Shown piece after piece: positions 28,774-39,454 of a stretch of 64,000 bases of DNA. The first letter of the stretch is position 1, and the number at the start of each line of letters is the position of its first letter. The DNA is from an uncultured Candidatus Saccharibacteria bacterium (GTDB lineage Bacteria; Patescibacteriota; Minisyncoccia; Minisyncoccales; PEYH01). The position numbers and the translations under genes are program-made. The stretch lies in contig CAZTRD010000002.1 in NCBI GenBank assembly GCA_964616145.1, forward strand, positions 4,553 through 68,552, in the 5' to 3' direction. The notes below the pieces were generated by a model, which saw only the letters and a list, made by a program, of their open reading frames with translations, was not told the origin of the DNA and did not search any database.

Positions 28774-29328
28774 CTAACCGTTGCCGATGCTTATAATATC
28801 AGCGTCAGGAGGAATAACGGGTTCTGCGATACTGGAAATAAATCCTTTGGCTTTTGCTTGTTCTGCGGTTAATATCTTGCCACCATCAATCATCAAACTT
28901 TCAATATCGTTCAATAAGATACCTGAATATGTACTTATGGCCTTTGCTATATTTTCTTTTGATCGCATAGACCCTTCGTAAAATTCCTTGAGCTGTGATT
29001 CAAGATAGTTTGCGGCTTGCAGACTAGTCGCAATTCCATGGAACATAAATGAAGCGTTTTTACTCCCAACTCTTTCTTTACCGCTAGCAAAGATAGCGGT
29101 TGCTACCGAATCAATCCGGCCTATATTATGCATAGTCGTTTTTATGGACAATGCGTTTATATAAGCCGCTAAACTTAACCCTTCGGATACATTTCCGCCA
29201 CCAGACGAGATTAAAAAATAAAGCCCCTCATATTTTTGGTTTACGCAGTCAGTAATTACCTGCCTGAGTTTAGCAGATTGTGTAGTTTGAACATCGGCCG
29301 TGAAAACAATATATTTGGTTCTTGCCAT
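28774..29328 (-). CDS. ClpP-like (S14/S49 crotonase-fold) serine peptidase family protein
   Basis: ISSGGGNVSEGLSLAAYINAL...GRIDSVATAIFAS aligns with ClpP INSPGG.V.AG.AIYDTM...GQAASMGA; 184 aa. Confidence 0.5.
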   Translation of the reverse strand: MARTKYIVFTADVQTTQSAKLRQVITDCVNQKYEGLYFLISSGGGNVSEGLSLAAYINALSIKTTMHNIGRIDSVATAIFASGKERVGSKNASFMFHGIATSLQAANYLESQLKEFYEGSMRSKENIAKAISTYSGILLNDIESLMIDGGKILTAEQAKAKGFISSIAEPVIPPDADIISIGNG

Positions 29329-29376
29329 GCTATTAATATTAATTGTTATGATAATATAGTTTTTCTTATATCCTTT

Positions 29377-29628
29377 TTATTTGCGCAAGGTAATGGTAAT
29401 TCCGATAATTTGGAAAATGAAACCCATAATAAACAAACCAAAACCAAAAATGCCCAATAGTCTATCCTTCTTGTGTTTTTTTTGCGTGTATTTTCCATCC
29501 TTATCCATGCTTAAAATAAGATCATTTTCAACATTTCTAGTTATTTTTAAATACGGGAATAACATTATTAAGGAAGCTAAAGTATTTATGCAAAGACCAA
29601 TTACTGTTAAAAGTTGTGATGCATTCAT
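29377..29628 (-). CDS. small two-TM membrane protein (start MNASQLL)
   Basis: ATGA-type overlap with the upstream gene; hydrophobic. Confidence 0.3.
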   Translation of the reverse strand: MNASQLLTVIGLCINTLASLIMLFPYLKITRNVENDLILSMDKDGKYTQKKHKKDRLLGIFGFGLFIMGFIFQIIGITITLRK

Positions 29629-29888
29629 AAGGTTAAAATTATTTGTATAACCAAAACTACAAGCGTGATAATTGTTAAACCAACAATCCCCCAAGTCAGT
29701 CGAATCATTTTTTGGGTTTGTTTTGACGATTGCTCATTAAATATCTGCATTGTTTCTTGTAATCCCTTTAGCGCACGCCTGGTCAACTCGTCGGAAGCAA
29801 GTGGAACAACGCGAAAATCATATTCGTTTATCCAAAGTTTTAGTTGTTCGTTCGTAGCGTCTTCTAATTTTGGAGAAAAATTACTCAT
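29625..29888 (-). CDS. small tail-anchored membrane protein
   Basis: Soluble N-terminus and a C-terminal TM helix; 87 aa. Confidence 0.3.
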   Translation of the reverse strand: MSNFSPKLEDATNEQLKLWINEYDFRVVPLASDELTRRALKGLQETMQIFNEQSSKQTQKMIRLTWGIVGLTIITLVVLVIQIILTL

Positions 29889-29896
29889 AATTTTAT

Positions 29897-32800
29897 TTAT
29901 TTTTTGCCGCCAAATAAAGTTGGGATAGTTCCAGACGAGATGACCTTATCTATTTCGCCCATTATACGAATTGTCTCGCGGAGCGCGACGATTATTTTTA
30001 TATAGTTTTTTAGATCGTCGGTAGAAAGTGCGCGCTCGGCCTTTTTACGATCTTTGAGCCACTTTTCGCATACTTGGTAGCTACCTATCATAAACTCCCA
30101 CACTTCTTTTTCCACACCTTCAAAGTATTGTTCCTTATTCACATAAACACGTTTATCTTTCTCATTATAGCGGACATCCGTGACTTGCCAATCGGGAAGA
30201 TCGGTTGGTTTCTCGCCACCGATTTTTATATCCCACTTTTCCTGTTTGTCAAAAATAGTTTTTGATTTATCAAACGGATTTTCGCCGAGAAGATGGAGAT
30301 TCGCTAATTCCTTTCCAAGCGCGACGAGTTGAACAAAAAGTTTTTTATCACCGGTAAGCGGTAGGCGCGGAAAATCTATTTTAAGTTGCTCGGCATAACG
30401 CAAGCGGTAAGTTGGGGAATGAAATATCGCATATGCATAGTAGAAAATTTCTTCCGGCGCGAGACGGGTATCACCATCTTTAGTTTGACATTCTGCTACC
30501 GGATAATATACTCTACCGATTTTCTCGGCTATCTTGCGCGCCACAAGTAAATCAATATTTGCTTGTCGGACCGCTGGAATATTACCCACCGCACCAACAA
30601 ATAACGACTCACCTTTATCGAGGTAAAGATAAAGCGGAAAAACATAGCCCACCTCTTTTGTTTTAATAGATACCAAACAACGCTCACTAATATTTTTTGA
30701 TATATAGATATGATGAAAGCCATCAATAGCAAGTTGTCTACAAGTCAGTAAAGATAGATTCTCTTTTAACATTTGCTCCATAATTTCTGCTCTTGGATAC
30801 GCTATAAATCCTTTTGATTTGCCGGTAAAAAGTGTATAGCGATAGTCAAACGGACGATATTGAATTTTAGTTATTGCTTTTTGGTGGGTTTTTACATCCT
30901 CTCTCGCTAAATTAAACTTCCAATCCCGTGAATCAGAAATTTGGTATTTCTGCTTGAATGTTTCATCTGAAAGATTGATTATGTCTTTTACAATAGTTTC
31001 TAATTTCTCATTACTAAATTGAATAGCGACATTATCTTTCTGTGTTTCTATGCCACTATTTTTAATAGGAAAAATATCTGATACTCCCAGAAACTGATTG
31101 TATTCTTGTTCAACACCTGTATCTCTCGCCACAAAAAACCAATTAGGCTGTTTGGGCGATAAAACCTGCCATTTTGTCTCTTCAAAGTTTTCATCCAAAA
31201 GTGTAGCGAATTTATCTTCGCGTAAGCCCCATAGATCGCAGTATTTTACGATTGTCTCATTTTGTTTTTCAGGACGCTTTACAAAAATATTTATTGAAAC
31301 GCCTTGTTGGATGTCAAAAACATTTTCATCTTTTCCGCCGTTAGGCGCAGTTTCTCCTTTGCGGCTGTTGCCGTGAAGATTGTAAATATAAATCTCGTCA
31401 AAGGTATCCATCAAAGAACAGCGCATTTGGCGGTGAGTCATGCCGTCAATGAAAGTGTTGCTCGTAATCATTGCGAAAATCCCTTGTCCGGTCTCGCTCA
31501 ACTTCCATTGAGCAAAGCGAATAAACTTGATAAAGTCATCGTCAAGGTTAATTTTTTTCTCTTTCAAGTCCTTTTTATAATCCTTCAAGAGATTCAAAAT
31601 CCACTCGCCTCGATTCATCCGGCCAAAGTTGGAATAGGGCGGGTTGCCGATGATCGCCAAAATCGGCGCATTCTTTTTCACCTTCCGTGCATCTTTACTT
31701 TCTTGCGGTATGGATGGAAAAGCAATTGCTCCAAAATCAGATGTGGCTCTACCTTGTACTGCTTCGGCATTCGGGTCGTCTAAAGTATTTGCGAGATATA
31801 CTTTGAAACGGTCGTTGTCTTTGTCGTTATCGTTTTTAGTATTTGCGAAATCAAAACCGAGTCGTTCCACCTCAAGCGTTAGTTTAAGGTGTGCAATGGC
31901 ATACGGGGCGATAAGAAGTTCAAAACCGTAGAAGCGTTTAAGAATGTGTGAGAGGACGACGCGGTTAAACTCCCGCTTGACCATTTCTTCGCCAAGCGAT
32001 GAATTTTCCTTTTTGATATTCGCATAAATTTCTTGAATTGCGGACATCAAGAATGTCCCCGTGCCGGTTGCCGGATCAAGGAGGTGAACTGATTCATCGG
32101 CAAGGCCTTTTATTTTTTTGAATCTATTGCGTAAAAGCCAATCAACGCTTTTGACAATATAGTCTACTACCGGCTTAGGCGTGTAATACACTCCGCGCGC
32201 TTCGCGTTCTTTCGGGTCATATTCCTTCAAAAACGGCTCATAGAATTGGATAACAGGGTCTTCGCCCGGTTTATGCTCCACAAGTTTTTGATGGATTCGA
32301 TTAATTTCCGAAGCGTTCAGTTGATCTACTAAGAGTCGAGTTGCTTCGTAAATGGTTGGGATAGTACTTGATACCTTTTTGATAAGCGAATAGAGGTCGG
32401 CAAGAATCGGCACATTGGTCGGAAGGTAATCAATCGCGTTTGTTAGCGTAAGCTCTGCTCCATCGCGGCGCGAATGTTCAAGCGCGGCGAGAAACAATGA
32501 GTAAGCCATTGTTTCGGCCACCATATTGGCGAATTGATGTTCGGAAGTATCTTGGATAAGAGTTCTTTCAAACGTCTCTTTAAGTTTTCTCAAATCGGAA
32601 TCTGCTTCACTTTTTCCCAACGCTTCTTCTACTTGTTGAGATAATAGTCGCGTCTTTTTAGCGAGTGCAAGAGCAAGTTGTTTCGGTGTTCGCGTTTGAT
32701 AAGCGTGACCTTCGAAAAACTTTATCAAGAAACGTTCAAATTCTTCGCTCGGCGCGCTATCAATAGCGGTAAGATCAAACAAGGTTTCTGCCATCTTTTT

Positions 32801-33193
32801 TGCCTCGCCTTCTTGCCATTGCCACAACTGCCACTCGCGGAGATTAGTGAAAATAATATTTTCAAGTGACTCCTTATATTTTAAAAATTGCTCTTGGAAT
32901 TTTTCTGCGTTGAGATTTTCCTGTGAAGTTTTTACTTCAATCCAGCCAATAAGATCGTTGCCATTGCGGATAGTAATATCGGGAAATCCGACCTTGTGTT
33001 CGTATTGAGTTGATGTTTCCTCTGGTGTGGCCTGCGGAGTACGTAATTTCAGCGTGCCACTTTTCGCATACTCCTCAAAGAAAGCGCATAAGAGCGGGTA
33101 ATACGACCGCTCCGTAGCCGTATCTTTTATCTTCGCAATTTTCTGTTTTAGTAGCTCAACTGTTATGTTCATAAACTTTTTATGAAATGACAT
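29897..33193 (-). CDS. large N6-adenine DNA methyltransferase (type IIG / PglX-like architecture)
   Basis: IIGNPPYSNFG (NPPY motif IV) and FLMSAI-type AdoMet region; 1098 aa. Confidence 0.65.
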   Translation of the reverse strand: MSFHKKFMNITVELLKQKIAKIKDTATERSYYPLLCAFFEEYAKSGTLKLRTPQATPEETSTQYEHKVGFPDITIRNGNDLIGWIEVKTSQENLNAEKFQEQFLKYKESLENIIFTNLREWQLWQWQEGEAKKMAETLFDLTAIDSAPSEEFERFLIKFFEGHAYQTRTPKQLALALAKKTRLLSQQVEEALGKSEADSDLRKLKETFERTLIQDTSEHQFANMVAETMAYSLFLAALEHSRRDGAELTLTNAIDYLPTNVPILADLYSLIKKVSSTIPTIYEATRLLVDQLNASEINRIHQKLVEHKPGEDPVIQFYEPFLKEYDPKEREARGVYYTPKPVVDYIVKSVDWLLRNRFKKIKGLADESVHLLDPATGTGTFLMSAIQEIYANIKKENSSLGEEMVKREFNRVVLSHILKRFYGFELLIAPYAIAHLKLTLEVERLGFDFANTKNDNDKDNDRFKVYLANTLDDPNAEAVQGRATSDFGAIAFPSIPQESKDARKVKKNAPILAIIGNPPYSNFGRMNRGEWILNLLKDYKKDLKEKKINLDDDFIKFIRFAQWKLSETGQGIFAMITSNTFIDGMTHRQMRCSLMDTFDEIYIYNLHGNSRKGETAPNGGKDENVFDIQQGVSINIFVKRPEKQNETIVKYCDLWGLREDKFATLLDENFEETKWQVLSPKQPNWFFVARDTGVEQEYNQFLGVSDIFPIKNSGIETQKDNVAIQFSNEKLETIVKDIINLSDETFKQKYQISDSRDWKFNLAREDVKTHQKAITKIQYRPFDYRYTLFTGKSKGFIAYPRAEIMEQMLKENLSLLTCRQLAIDGFHHIYISKNISERCLVSIKTKEVGYVFPLYLYLDKGESLFVGAVGNIPAVRQANIDLLVARKIAEKIGRVYYPVAECQTKDGDTRLAPEEIFYYAYAIFHSPTYRLRYAEQLKIDFPRLPLTGDKKLFVQLVALGKELANLHLLGENPFDKSKTIFDKQEKWDIKIGGEKPTDLPDWQVTDVRYNEKDKRVYVNKEQYFEGVEKEVWEFMIGSYQVCEKWLKDRKKAERALSTDDLKNYIKIIVALRETIRIMGEIDKVISSGTIPTLFGGKK

Positions 33194-36100
33194 TAAATTT
33201 TACTGAAGCTATACGCTCGTGGCTAAAACTCATTTGTAGCTTGTTGCGCAAGTCGGCAACCTTTTTATCCTTATCTACAAATTGCTCCTGTTGCGCTTGA
33301 ATGTATCGTTTCTGTGCTTTAAAAAGTTCCTTTTGTTTTTTGTCTATGTCCGCCTGTATCTGATCGCGCTCGTGCGCGCCAAGTGTTCGAGAAGCACGCA
33401 TCGTTTTCTGTAATTCCCTTATCTCTTTTTCTCGCTTATCCATTTCTTGTCTAAATCTTAGCAAAGATTCTTCCACAAATTGGTCAAGGCGATCCATTTC
33501 TTCAAATATATATTTTTCATTTTCAGAATTTACATCTTCCTGCGCACTTTTCAGTTGTGTGGACGAGGCGTCTTCTAATTCATCACGGAGGCGAGATTCG
33601 TTTTTGTCTTCGCTCACAACATCAAGATCAAATAATCGTTCTAACCGAGAAGCTGGTATTTGTTCCCACTTTGCGCCCTGATTTACAAAACCCGTAAGAA
33701 TTATTTTTTCAAACTCCTCCTTTGTGTTGTTTATAGTTTTACGTTCGCACTTCAAGAGTTCGACGACTAGCTGGCACTCTTTGCCAATTAAATCATCAAA
33801 GGGCCGGTGTTCTTTACTGCTATCGTGGCGGAGAGAAACTTGCCTCAAAAGAGATTTTATTTTCCTATCTGCTTCGAGACGCTCTTTAATAAACGGCTCT
33901 TTTATATGTGCCGGTTTATATCCTTTTTCTTTGTCTTTATCAGCAAGGCGGCCGAGAAAGTAAGTAGTACCGTTGTAATCAAACACATTGCCAGAAATCG
34001 GATGGATATCATCTCCAAAAGAGACTGTTAGATATTTTTTCAGTTGTGCATCAAAACGATCAAGCGAATCGGTAAGCTCTTTTTGTCTGATTCGCAATTT
34101 AAGACGGACTTCCTCGTCAAAATGTTGAATAACTTTTCGTTGAGCGTCTTCAATCTTTTCTTTAATAATATCCGAAAGCTCCAGTTGCAGTTGCTGGAAG
34201 CCGTGTTCTATTTCCTGTTCCGTGCGACAATGGCGATAAATATCAAGAATTTTTCTTTCAAAATCAAGGCCTGCGCCCAAACCGCCTAGAGCAATTTCTC
34301 TTACCTCATAGCCATCGTCGGTTAATTGCTCTGTTCCAAGCATCTTATCGCTAAAGTCAAAAAGATTCCCGAATAATTTTATTTTCTCCGATAGCAACTC
34401 ATAAACACGTTGGTCGGCATAATTCTTTTTATTGAGAAAATTGATAACAAGTACATCAAGCTTTTGTCCGTAGCGATGGCAACGGCCAATGCGCTGTTCA
34501 ATCCTTTGAGGATTCCATGGTAAGTCGTAGTTAATAACGATATTCGCAAATTGGAGATTCAAACCTTCCGCGCCCGCCTCTGTTGTTATCAAAATACCTT
34601 TTTTAATGTCTTTGAATTTCCATATAAGAGCTTTGCGTAAATTGATGCCTTTTGTTCCCCTTTCGGCTTCTTTAGGAAACTCTTTTTGCCACTCGGCAAA
34701 AATTTCTTGGGCGTGGTTACTCGCATTACTACCGTTAAAAAGAATAAGATCGTGACCTACGCCACCCAGCAGTTTTTCAAGATGATCTTGCGTGCGGCGC
34801 GATTCGGTGAAAATCACCGCCTTTTGCGGCCACTGCTTCTTATCAGCGTATTTAAATACTTTATCAAGAACACGAACCAATGCCTGACTTTTTTGATTTT
34901 TATCAATTGTGTTTGCGAGATGGTGATATGAGAGAACATCCTTGAACTCTTGTAGCACTTCTTCTTTCGTAAACTTATGGTCAATTTCTCTCTCCTCAAA
35001 CTTTTTAGTTTCGTCGGAAAGTAACTCGTCTTCACCAAGATCATCGGCGTCTTGATTTTCTTCTGCCAGTTTTTCCAAATTCGCTTCTACATCATCCAGG
35101 CCGGACAAAACTTCTTGCTCGGCTTCAGGAGTAATTTTTTCATATTTTGGAAAAACTATTTTTTGATGTTCTTTTCCACTCCTAACCGCGAATTCACTTC
35201 GTAAGTTATCAACTACTCGATTGACTTCATCTACCGACACGGCAAATTCAATTTGAAGACGCTTGGCTAAAAAATGAGCAACATTGTAGAGTGTTCCTGC
35301 TATGGCAAAGCTTGAGCTTGCGAGAATCTTCCGATAAACAAGCTCCATCATATTTCGCTGGGTTGCCCTTGTGGAGGCAAGAAACGGGCGGCGCAAGTAA
35401 TTGCCTACCGCATCATATAGCTCTATTTCGTCTTCGTTCGGCGCAAAATCTTCTGTAATGCTATATCTGTTTGTGAAGACCACAAGCCCAGCAACTTGCT
35501 TGCGCAATGTGCGGGTTAAAATACCGCCACTTATTGCTCCGGTGGTGGGATTAATAGTTCCCATCAGTCGCTCTCTTAATTGTTTAAGTCGGTCAATTTC
35601 GCCCCGTTTCTTCACTGGATTAGCAAAAAGAGTTTTGAATGAAAACTCTGTGCCAAGATAGTTTTCGTCAAGAAAACTCGTCAAGCCGTATAACTCCATA
35701 AGATTATTTTGAAGCGGGGTCGCGGTGAGTAATACTTTCGGCCTGTTCTTAATTACTTCTCTTATTTTCTTTGCCGTTTTATTCGTTTTCCGCCAGACAT
35801 TTCTCATTCGGTGCGCCTCATCAATGACTACTAAGTCCCACACAATATTCGCGCAAATATAGTCATAGCGATATGCGAAATTATGCGAGGCAATAAAAAT
35901 TCCCCCCTCTTTCAAAGGGTTTTCTGTCATTCGTTCTTTTTGTTTCTTTTTCAAAATAGAGCCATCTATTATTTCGCTCGGCAGACTAAACCGATTGAGT
36001 AATTCATCTTGCCATTGTGTGCGAAGTGAAGCGGGAACTAATATCAGAATGTTTTGGCGACCTTCCGTATAAAGCTGGTCGATAATCAACCCTGCTTCAA

Positions 36101-36302
36101 TCGTTTTTCCTAAACCAACTTCGTCAGCGAGAATCGCGCCCCTTGAGAGAGGACTCTTAAACGCAAAAATTGCCGCATCAACTTGGTGTGGGTTCAAATC
36201 AATATTTGCCGAACGAATGGAATTATTCAGTTTCTCTGGATCGGAAACCGGTCTCTTTTCTGTCAGTTTATGTGCAAGATATGTTCGCAAAAAATCAGAC
36301 AT
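33180..36302 (-). CDS. SNF2-family helicase
   Basis: LADEVGLGKT, VIDEAHRMRN and QRIGRCHRYGQ motifs; 1040 aa; its 3' end overlaps the methyltransferase start by 14 nt. Confidence 0.75.
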   Translation of the reverse strand: MSDFLRTYLAHKLTEKRPVSDPEKLNNSIRSANIDLNPHQVDAAIFAFKSPLSRGAILADEVGLGKTIEAGLIIDQLYTEGRQNILILVPASLRTQWQDELLNRFSLPSEIIDGSILKKKQKERMTENPLKEGGIFIASHNFAYRYDYICANIVWDLVVIDEAHRMRNVWRKTNKTAKKIREVIKNRPKVLLTATPLQNNLMELYGLTSFLDENYLGTEFSFKTLFANPVKKRGEIDRLKQLRERLMGTINPTTGAISGGILTRTLRKQVAGLVVFTNRYSITEDFAPNEDEIELYDAVGNYLRRPFLASTRATQRNMMELVYRKILASSSFAIAGTLYNVAHFLAKRLQIEFAVSVDEVNRVVDNLRSEFAVRSGKEHQKIVFPKYEKITPEAEQEVLSGLDDVEANLEKLAEENQDADDLGEDELLSDETKKFEEREIDHKFTKEEVLQEFKDVLSYHHLANTIDKNQKSQALVRVLDKVFKYADKKQWPQKAVIFTESRRTQDHLEKLLGGVGHDLILFNGSNASNHAQEIFAEWQKEFPKEAERGTKGINLRKALIWKFKDIKKGILITTEAGAEGLNLQFANIVINYDLPWNPQRIEQRIGRCHRYGQKLDVLVINFLNKKNYADQRVYELLSEKIKLFGNLFDFSDKMLGTEQLTDDGYEVREIALGGLGAGLDFERKILDIYRHCRTEQEIEHGFQQLQLELSDIIKEKIEDAQRKVIQHFDEEVRLKLRIRQKELTDSLDRFDAQLKKYLTVSFGDDIHPISGNVFDYNGTTYFLGRLADKDKEKGYKPAHIKEPFIKERLEADRKIKSLLRQVSLRHDSSKEHRPFDDLIGKECQLVVELLKCERKTINNTKEEFEKIILTGFVNQGAKWEQIPASRLERLFDLDVVSEDKNESRLRDELEDASSTQLKSAQEDVNSENEKYIFEEMDRLDQFVEESLLRFRQEMDKREKEIRELQKTMRASRTLGAHERDQIQADIDKKQKELFKAQKRYIQAQQEQFVDKDKKVADLRNKLQMSFSHERIASVKFNVIS

Positions 36303-36307
36303 AGCTT

Positions 36308-36490
36308 TTATTTCATCCTTAGCATATTTAAAATATCTTCTTTTTTATATCGCCTATCCCTACGACTGCCAAAACGAATAGCCTTTAATATACCTTTGTT
36401 GTCCCAGTTACGAAGAGTATTTGGGTGGACGTTCAAAAGTTCAGAGGCTTGCTTCATTGTTAGAATTTCTGGTAATTTGTCTTTATCCAT
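36308..36490 (-). CDS. excisionase/MerR-family HTH DNA-binding protein
   Basis: LTMKQASELLNVHPNTLRNWDNKGILKAIR is a typical HTH_17 pattern. Confidence 0.5.
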   Translation of the reverse strand: MDKDKLPEILTMKQASELLNVHPNTLRNWDNKGILKAIRFGSRRDRRYKKEDILNMLRMK

Positions 36491-36564
36491 AACTCAGAAT
36501 ATAATTGAAATATGACTTACCATTAGTTTACAATTATAAAAAGCAAAAGTAAAGCAAAAAAATT

Positions 36565-37341
36565 ATGAATAATAATTGGTATTTAAAAATCCTAGATCAG
36601 TATCATGAAGAGCGGCATACTGCTGCGTTCTATAAAACGCAAGCTTTTCGCAAATTATGGAATGCTACTCAAGGGCTTATTGCAAAAGAAACATTTCAGG
36701 AAAAAATTAAAGGTTTGCGCGTTAAACATAAAATTCCGGAGAATGGATTCTTTGTTTCCGACAAAGTACGTACTCATCCCCCCAAAGAATGGGTTTTATA
36801 CGAAAGCAACTTTTCTAAAAGACTCTATTCTATGATGACGATACAGAAAGATATAGAAAAAATATGTCCCGATGGTTTTCCAAAAAAAGATTTTGTGTCT
36901 ATATTCGAAGACTATTTGTTTTATAATCATTTATTTCTGTCGCCAGAACCAAATTCTCATAACCTAATTTATATAACTGATTTAAAGACGAAATCTGATT
37001 CACTCGGTCATAGACTTAATAATAACGACGTAACCACCTATCCTGTAGCTATTTTGATAAGTCCGTACGCTGGAGAAAGAGATATCCTAGACTTTATTAA
37101 AAGATTATATAAGATTGAGATTAAGCCAATTCAAGAAAAATACAAAAAATCAGATAGTTTAATCGGTAAATCAAGAAAGCGTAATAAAACTAAAAGGATA
37201 AGAAATCAATTTATTTATGAAAATAGACGCCTTCCTTATAAAACAATATCTGCCTTGGTGGGTAAAAAATTTCCCGAACATGATGTAGACGAAGGATCAG
37301 TTGGTAAAATTATTTCGCTAGAAACAAAAAGGCGAAAATAA
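36565..37341 (+). CDS. hypothetical protein
   Basis: ORF only; a basic C-terminus. A hairpin with T tract at about 37391-37415 follows. Confidence 0.3.
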   Translation: MNNNWYLKILDQYHEERHTAAFYKTQAFRKLWNATQGLIAKETFQEKIKGLRVKHKIPENGFFVSDKVRTHPPKEWVLYESNFSKRLYSMMTIQKDIEKICPDGFPKKDFVSIFEDYLFYNHLFLSPEPNSHNLIYITDLKTKSDSLGHRLNNNDVTTYPVAILISPYAGERDILDFIKRLYKIEIKPIQEKYKKSDSLIGKSRKRNKTKRIRNQFIYENRRLPYKTISALVGKKFPEHDVDEGSVGKIISLETKRRK

Positions 37342-37434
37342 GTGTAGTACAGAAAATTCTTACACAAAGAATAATTAATTTTATAAGCTGGCATAATAAG
37401 CCAGTTTTTTATTAATTAAGACATTTATAAAACT

Positions 37435-38709
37435 ATGGAAAAACTTCAATGGCATAACGAAAAAAGAAAAGTTAATAGCCTTAAATATTATGGCAAAAAT
37501 CCTCGCATCATGCCGGATAAAAACATGAAAGATCTAACGAATAGTTTGCAGAAGATGGGCCTGGCGGAAATACCAGCAATTGATATTGACGGGACCATAG
37601 TTGCTGGAAACCAAAGAGTCAAAGCTCTTCAGGTTCTTGGTCGTGGTCAAGAAGAAATCGATGTAAGAATCCCTAATAGAAAACTTACAAAAACAGAATT
37701 TAAGTTCTACCTGCTCGCCAGTAATCGTATAAGTGGCCTCTGGGATTTTGATGCCTTAAAGACTAACTTTAATATTGAAACTCTCCTGGCAACCAGTTTC
37801 GACACAGAAGACCTTAGTAGAATATTTGATGATAATCTCGAAATAGAAGACGACCATTTTGATGAAAATACCGAGCTAAAAAAGATTAAGAAAACAGATA
37901 TTAAGCCCGGGGATTGTTTTGCTCTTGGTCGCCATCGCTTACTTTGCTCCAATGCCCTTGACCCTGCCACTGCTAAAACACTCATGGCTGGAGTCCAGGC
38001 AGATATGATTAATGATGATTTGCCTTACAATATCGGGCTTTCGTACGACAAGGGTGTTGGAAATAAGGGTCGCTATGGCGGAACAACAAATGACAATAAA
38101 AGCGATGAGGAATATAGGGCTTTTGTAAGGACGATCATGCAAAACGCTCTTTCAGTGGCAAAGACGGATGCGCATATATTTTTCTGGTGCGATGAAAGAT
38201 ACGTGTGGCTGTTTCAAGAGCTATATAAAGAATTCGGGCTTGATTCAAAACGCCTTTGCATCTGGATTAAAGATAATGCTTCCCCTACTCCGCAGATTGC
38301 TTTTAATAAGGTGACTGAGTTTTGCGTTTACGGAACCAGGGGCAGGCCATTCTTATCGGATAAAGTAAACAATCTGAATGAATTGTTAAACAAAGAGATA
38401 ACCAGTGGCAATAGATTGTCAGATGATATTTTGGATTTATTGAATATATGGCTAGTAAAAAGATTACCTGGTAATGAATATCAACACCCGACGCAGAAAA
38501 ATCCTCAGGTTCACGAAAAAGCTTTGCGACGCTGCACCCGTCCAGGCGATGCAGTTCTCGATTTAACCTGCGGATCTGGCAGTATTTTATCAGCTTGCCA
38601 TCAGCTTAAACGCAGAGCCTATGTTTGTGATTGCGAACCGATCTTCTGCCAGCTTACTATTAATCGTTTTAAACAAATCTCACATGACGAAATCAAGAAA
38701 CTTAATTAA
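37435..38709 (+). CDS. ParB-like nuclease domain fused to an N4/N6 DNA methyltransferase
   Basis: N-terminal ParB/Srx-like region (EIPAIDIDGTIVAGNQRVKAL), D-L-P-Y motif IV and C-terminal LDLTCGSGS motif I. Confidence 0.6.
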   Translation: MEKLQWHNEKRKVNSLKYYGKNPRIMPDKNMKDLTNSLQKMGLAEIPAIDIDGTIVAGNQRVKALQVLGRGQEEIDVRIPNRKLTKTEFKFYLLASNRISGLWDFDALKTNFNIETLLATSFDTEDLSRIFDDNLEIEDDHFDENTELKKIKKTDIKPGDCFALGRHRLLCSNALDPATAKTLMAGVQADMINDDLPYNIGLSYDKGVGNKGRYGGTTNDNKSDEEYRAFVRTIMQNALSVAKTDAHIFFWCDERYVWLFQELYKEFGLDSKRLCIWIKDNASPTPQIAFNKVTEFCVYGTRGRPFLSDKVNNLNELLNKEITSGNRLSDDILDLLNIWLVKRLPGNEYQHPTQKNPQVHEKALRRCTRPGDAVLDLTCGSGSILSACHQLKRRAYVCDCEPIFCQLTINRFKQISHDEIKKLN

Positions 38710-39454
38710 ATATGGAACAATCTTTAAGCTAGGCAACCATTACTTAGCATATGGCGATAGTCGCGATAAAGAATTGGTAGCACGGCTTGTTGGTCAATTT
38801 AAAGTCAAGGCTGTCATTTGTGATGTTCCATTTGGTATTGCCGTGGTTGAATCAAAAGAGAAATTTCAGCCACTTTCTAAAAACAAACCTATCATTAATG
38901 ACCATTTCCAGAGCGATGCAGAGTATCAGAAATTTACTCAGGATTGGATCGAAGGGATCAAGCCCCACCTTGCTAGAAAAAATGTTTTCTACATCTTCAA
39001 TTGCGATAAAATGATTTTTGCTCTGCGCCAAGGAATGATTCAGGCAGGATTAAAATTTGGACAACTTTTGATATGGGTTAAAACGCATGCTGTTTTAGCT
39101 CGCATGGACTATGCCCCGCAGCATGAGCTTATTGCTTATGGCTGGTATGGTACCCACGAATTTCTCAAATCAAAAGACAAAAGTATTATTGTGTATCCAA
39201 AACCCAATAAAAGTCCTAACCACCCTACCACAAAACCTATTGGCCTTATTCGCAGACTCATTCTAAACAGCACCTGGATCGGAGACGTGGTATTTGACGG
39301 GTTCCTAGGATCAGGCACTTGTTTATTGGCTTGCGAGCAAACCAAACGCATATGTTTTGGAGTGGAAATTGATCTAGAATATGTTGAAACGTCGATTCGA
39401 CAGTTCGAGGTATCAACAAACATTAAAGCAAAAATAATACATGAAAAAAGATAA
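38684..39454 (+). CDS. N4/N6 DNA methyltransferase; start probably at MTKSRN
   Basis: ICDVPFG motif IV and FDGFLGSGT motif I (beta-class order). Confidence 0.55.
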   Translation: MTKSRNLIKYGTIFKLGNHYLAYGDSRDKELVARLVGQFKVKAVICDVPFGIAVVESKEKFQPLSKNKPIINDHFQSDAEYQKFTQDWIEGIKPHLARKNVFYIFNCDKMIFALRQGMIQAGLKFGQLLIWVKTHAVLARMDYAPQHELIAYGWYGTHEFLKSKDKSIIVYPKPNKSPNHPTTKPIGLIRRLILNSTWIGDVVFDGFLGSGTCLLACEQTKRICFGVEIDLEYVETSIRQFEVSTNIKAKIIHEKR

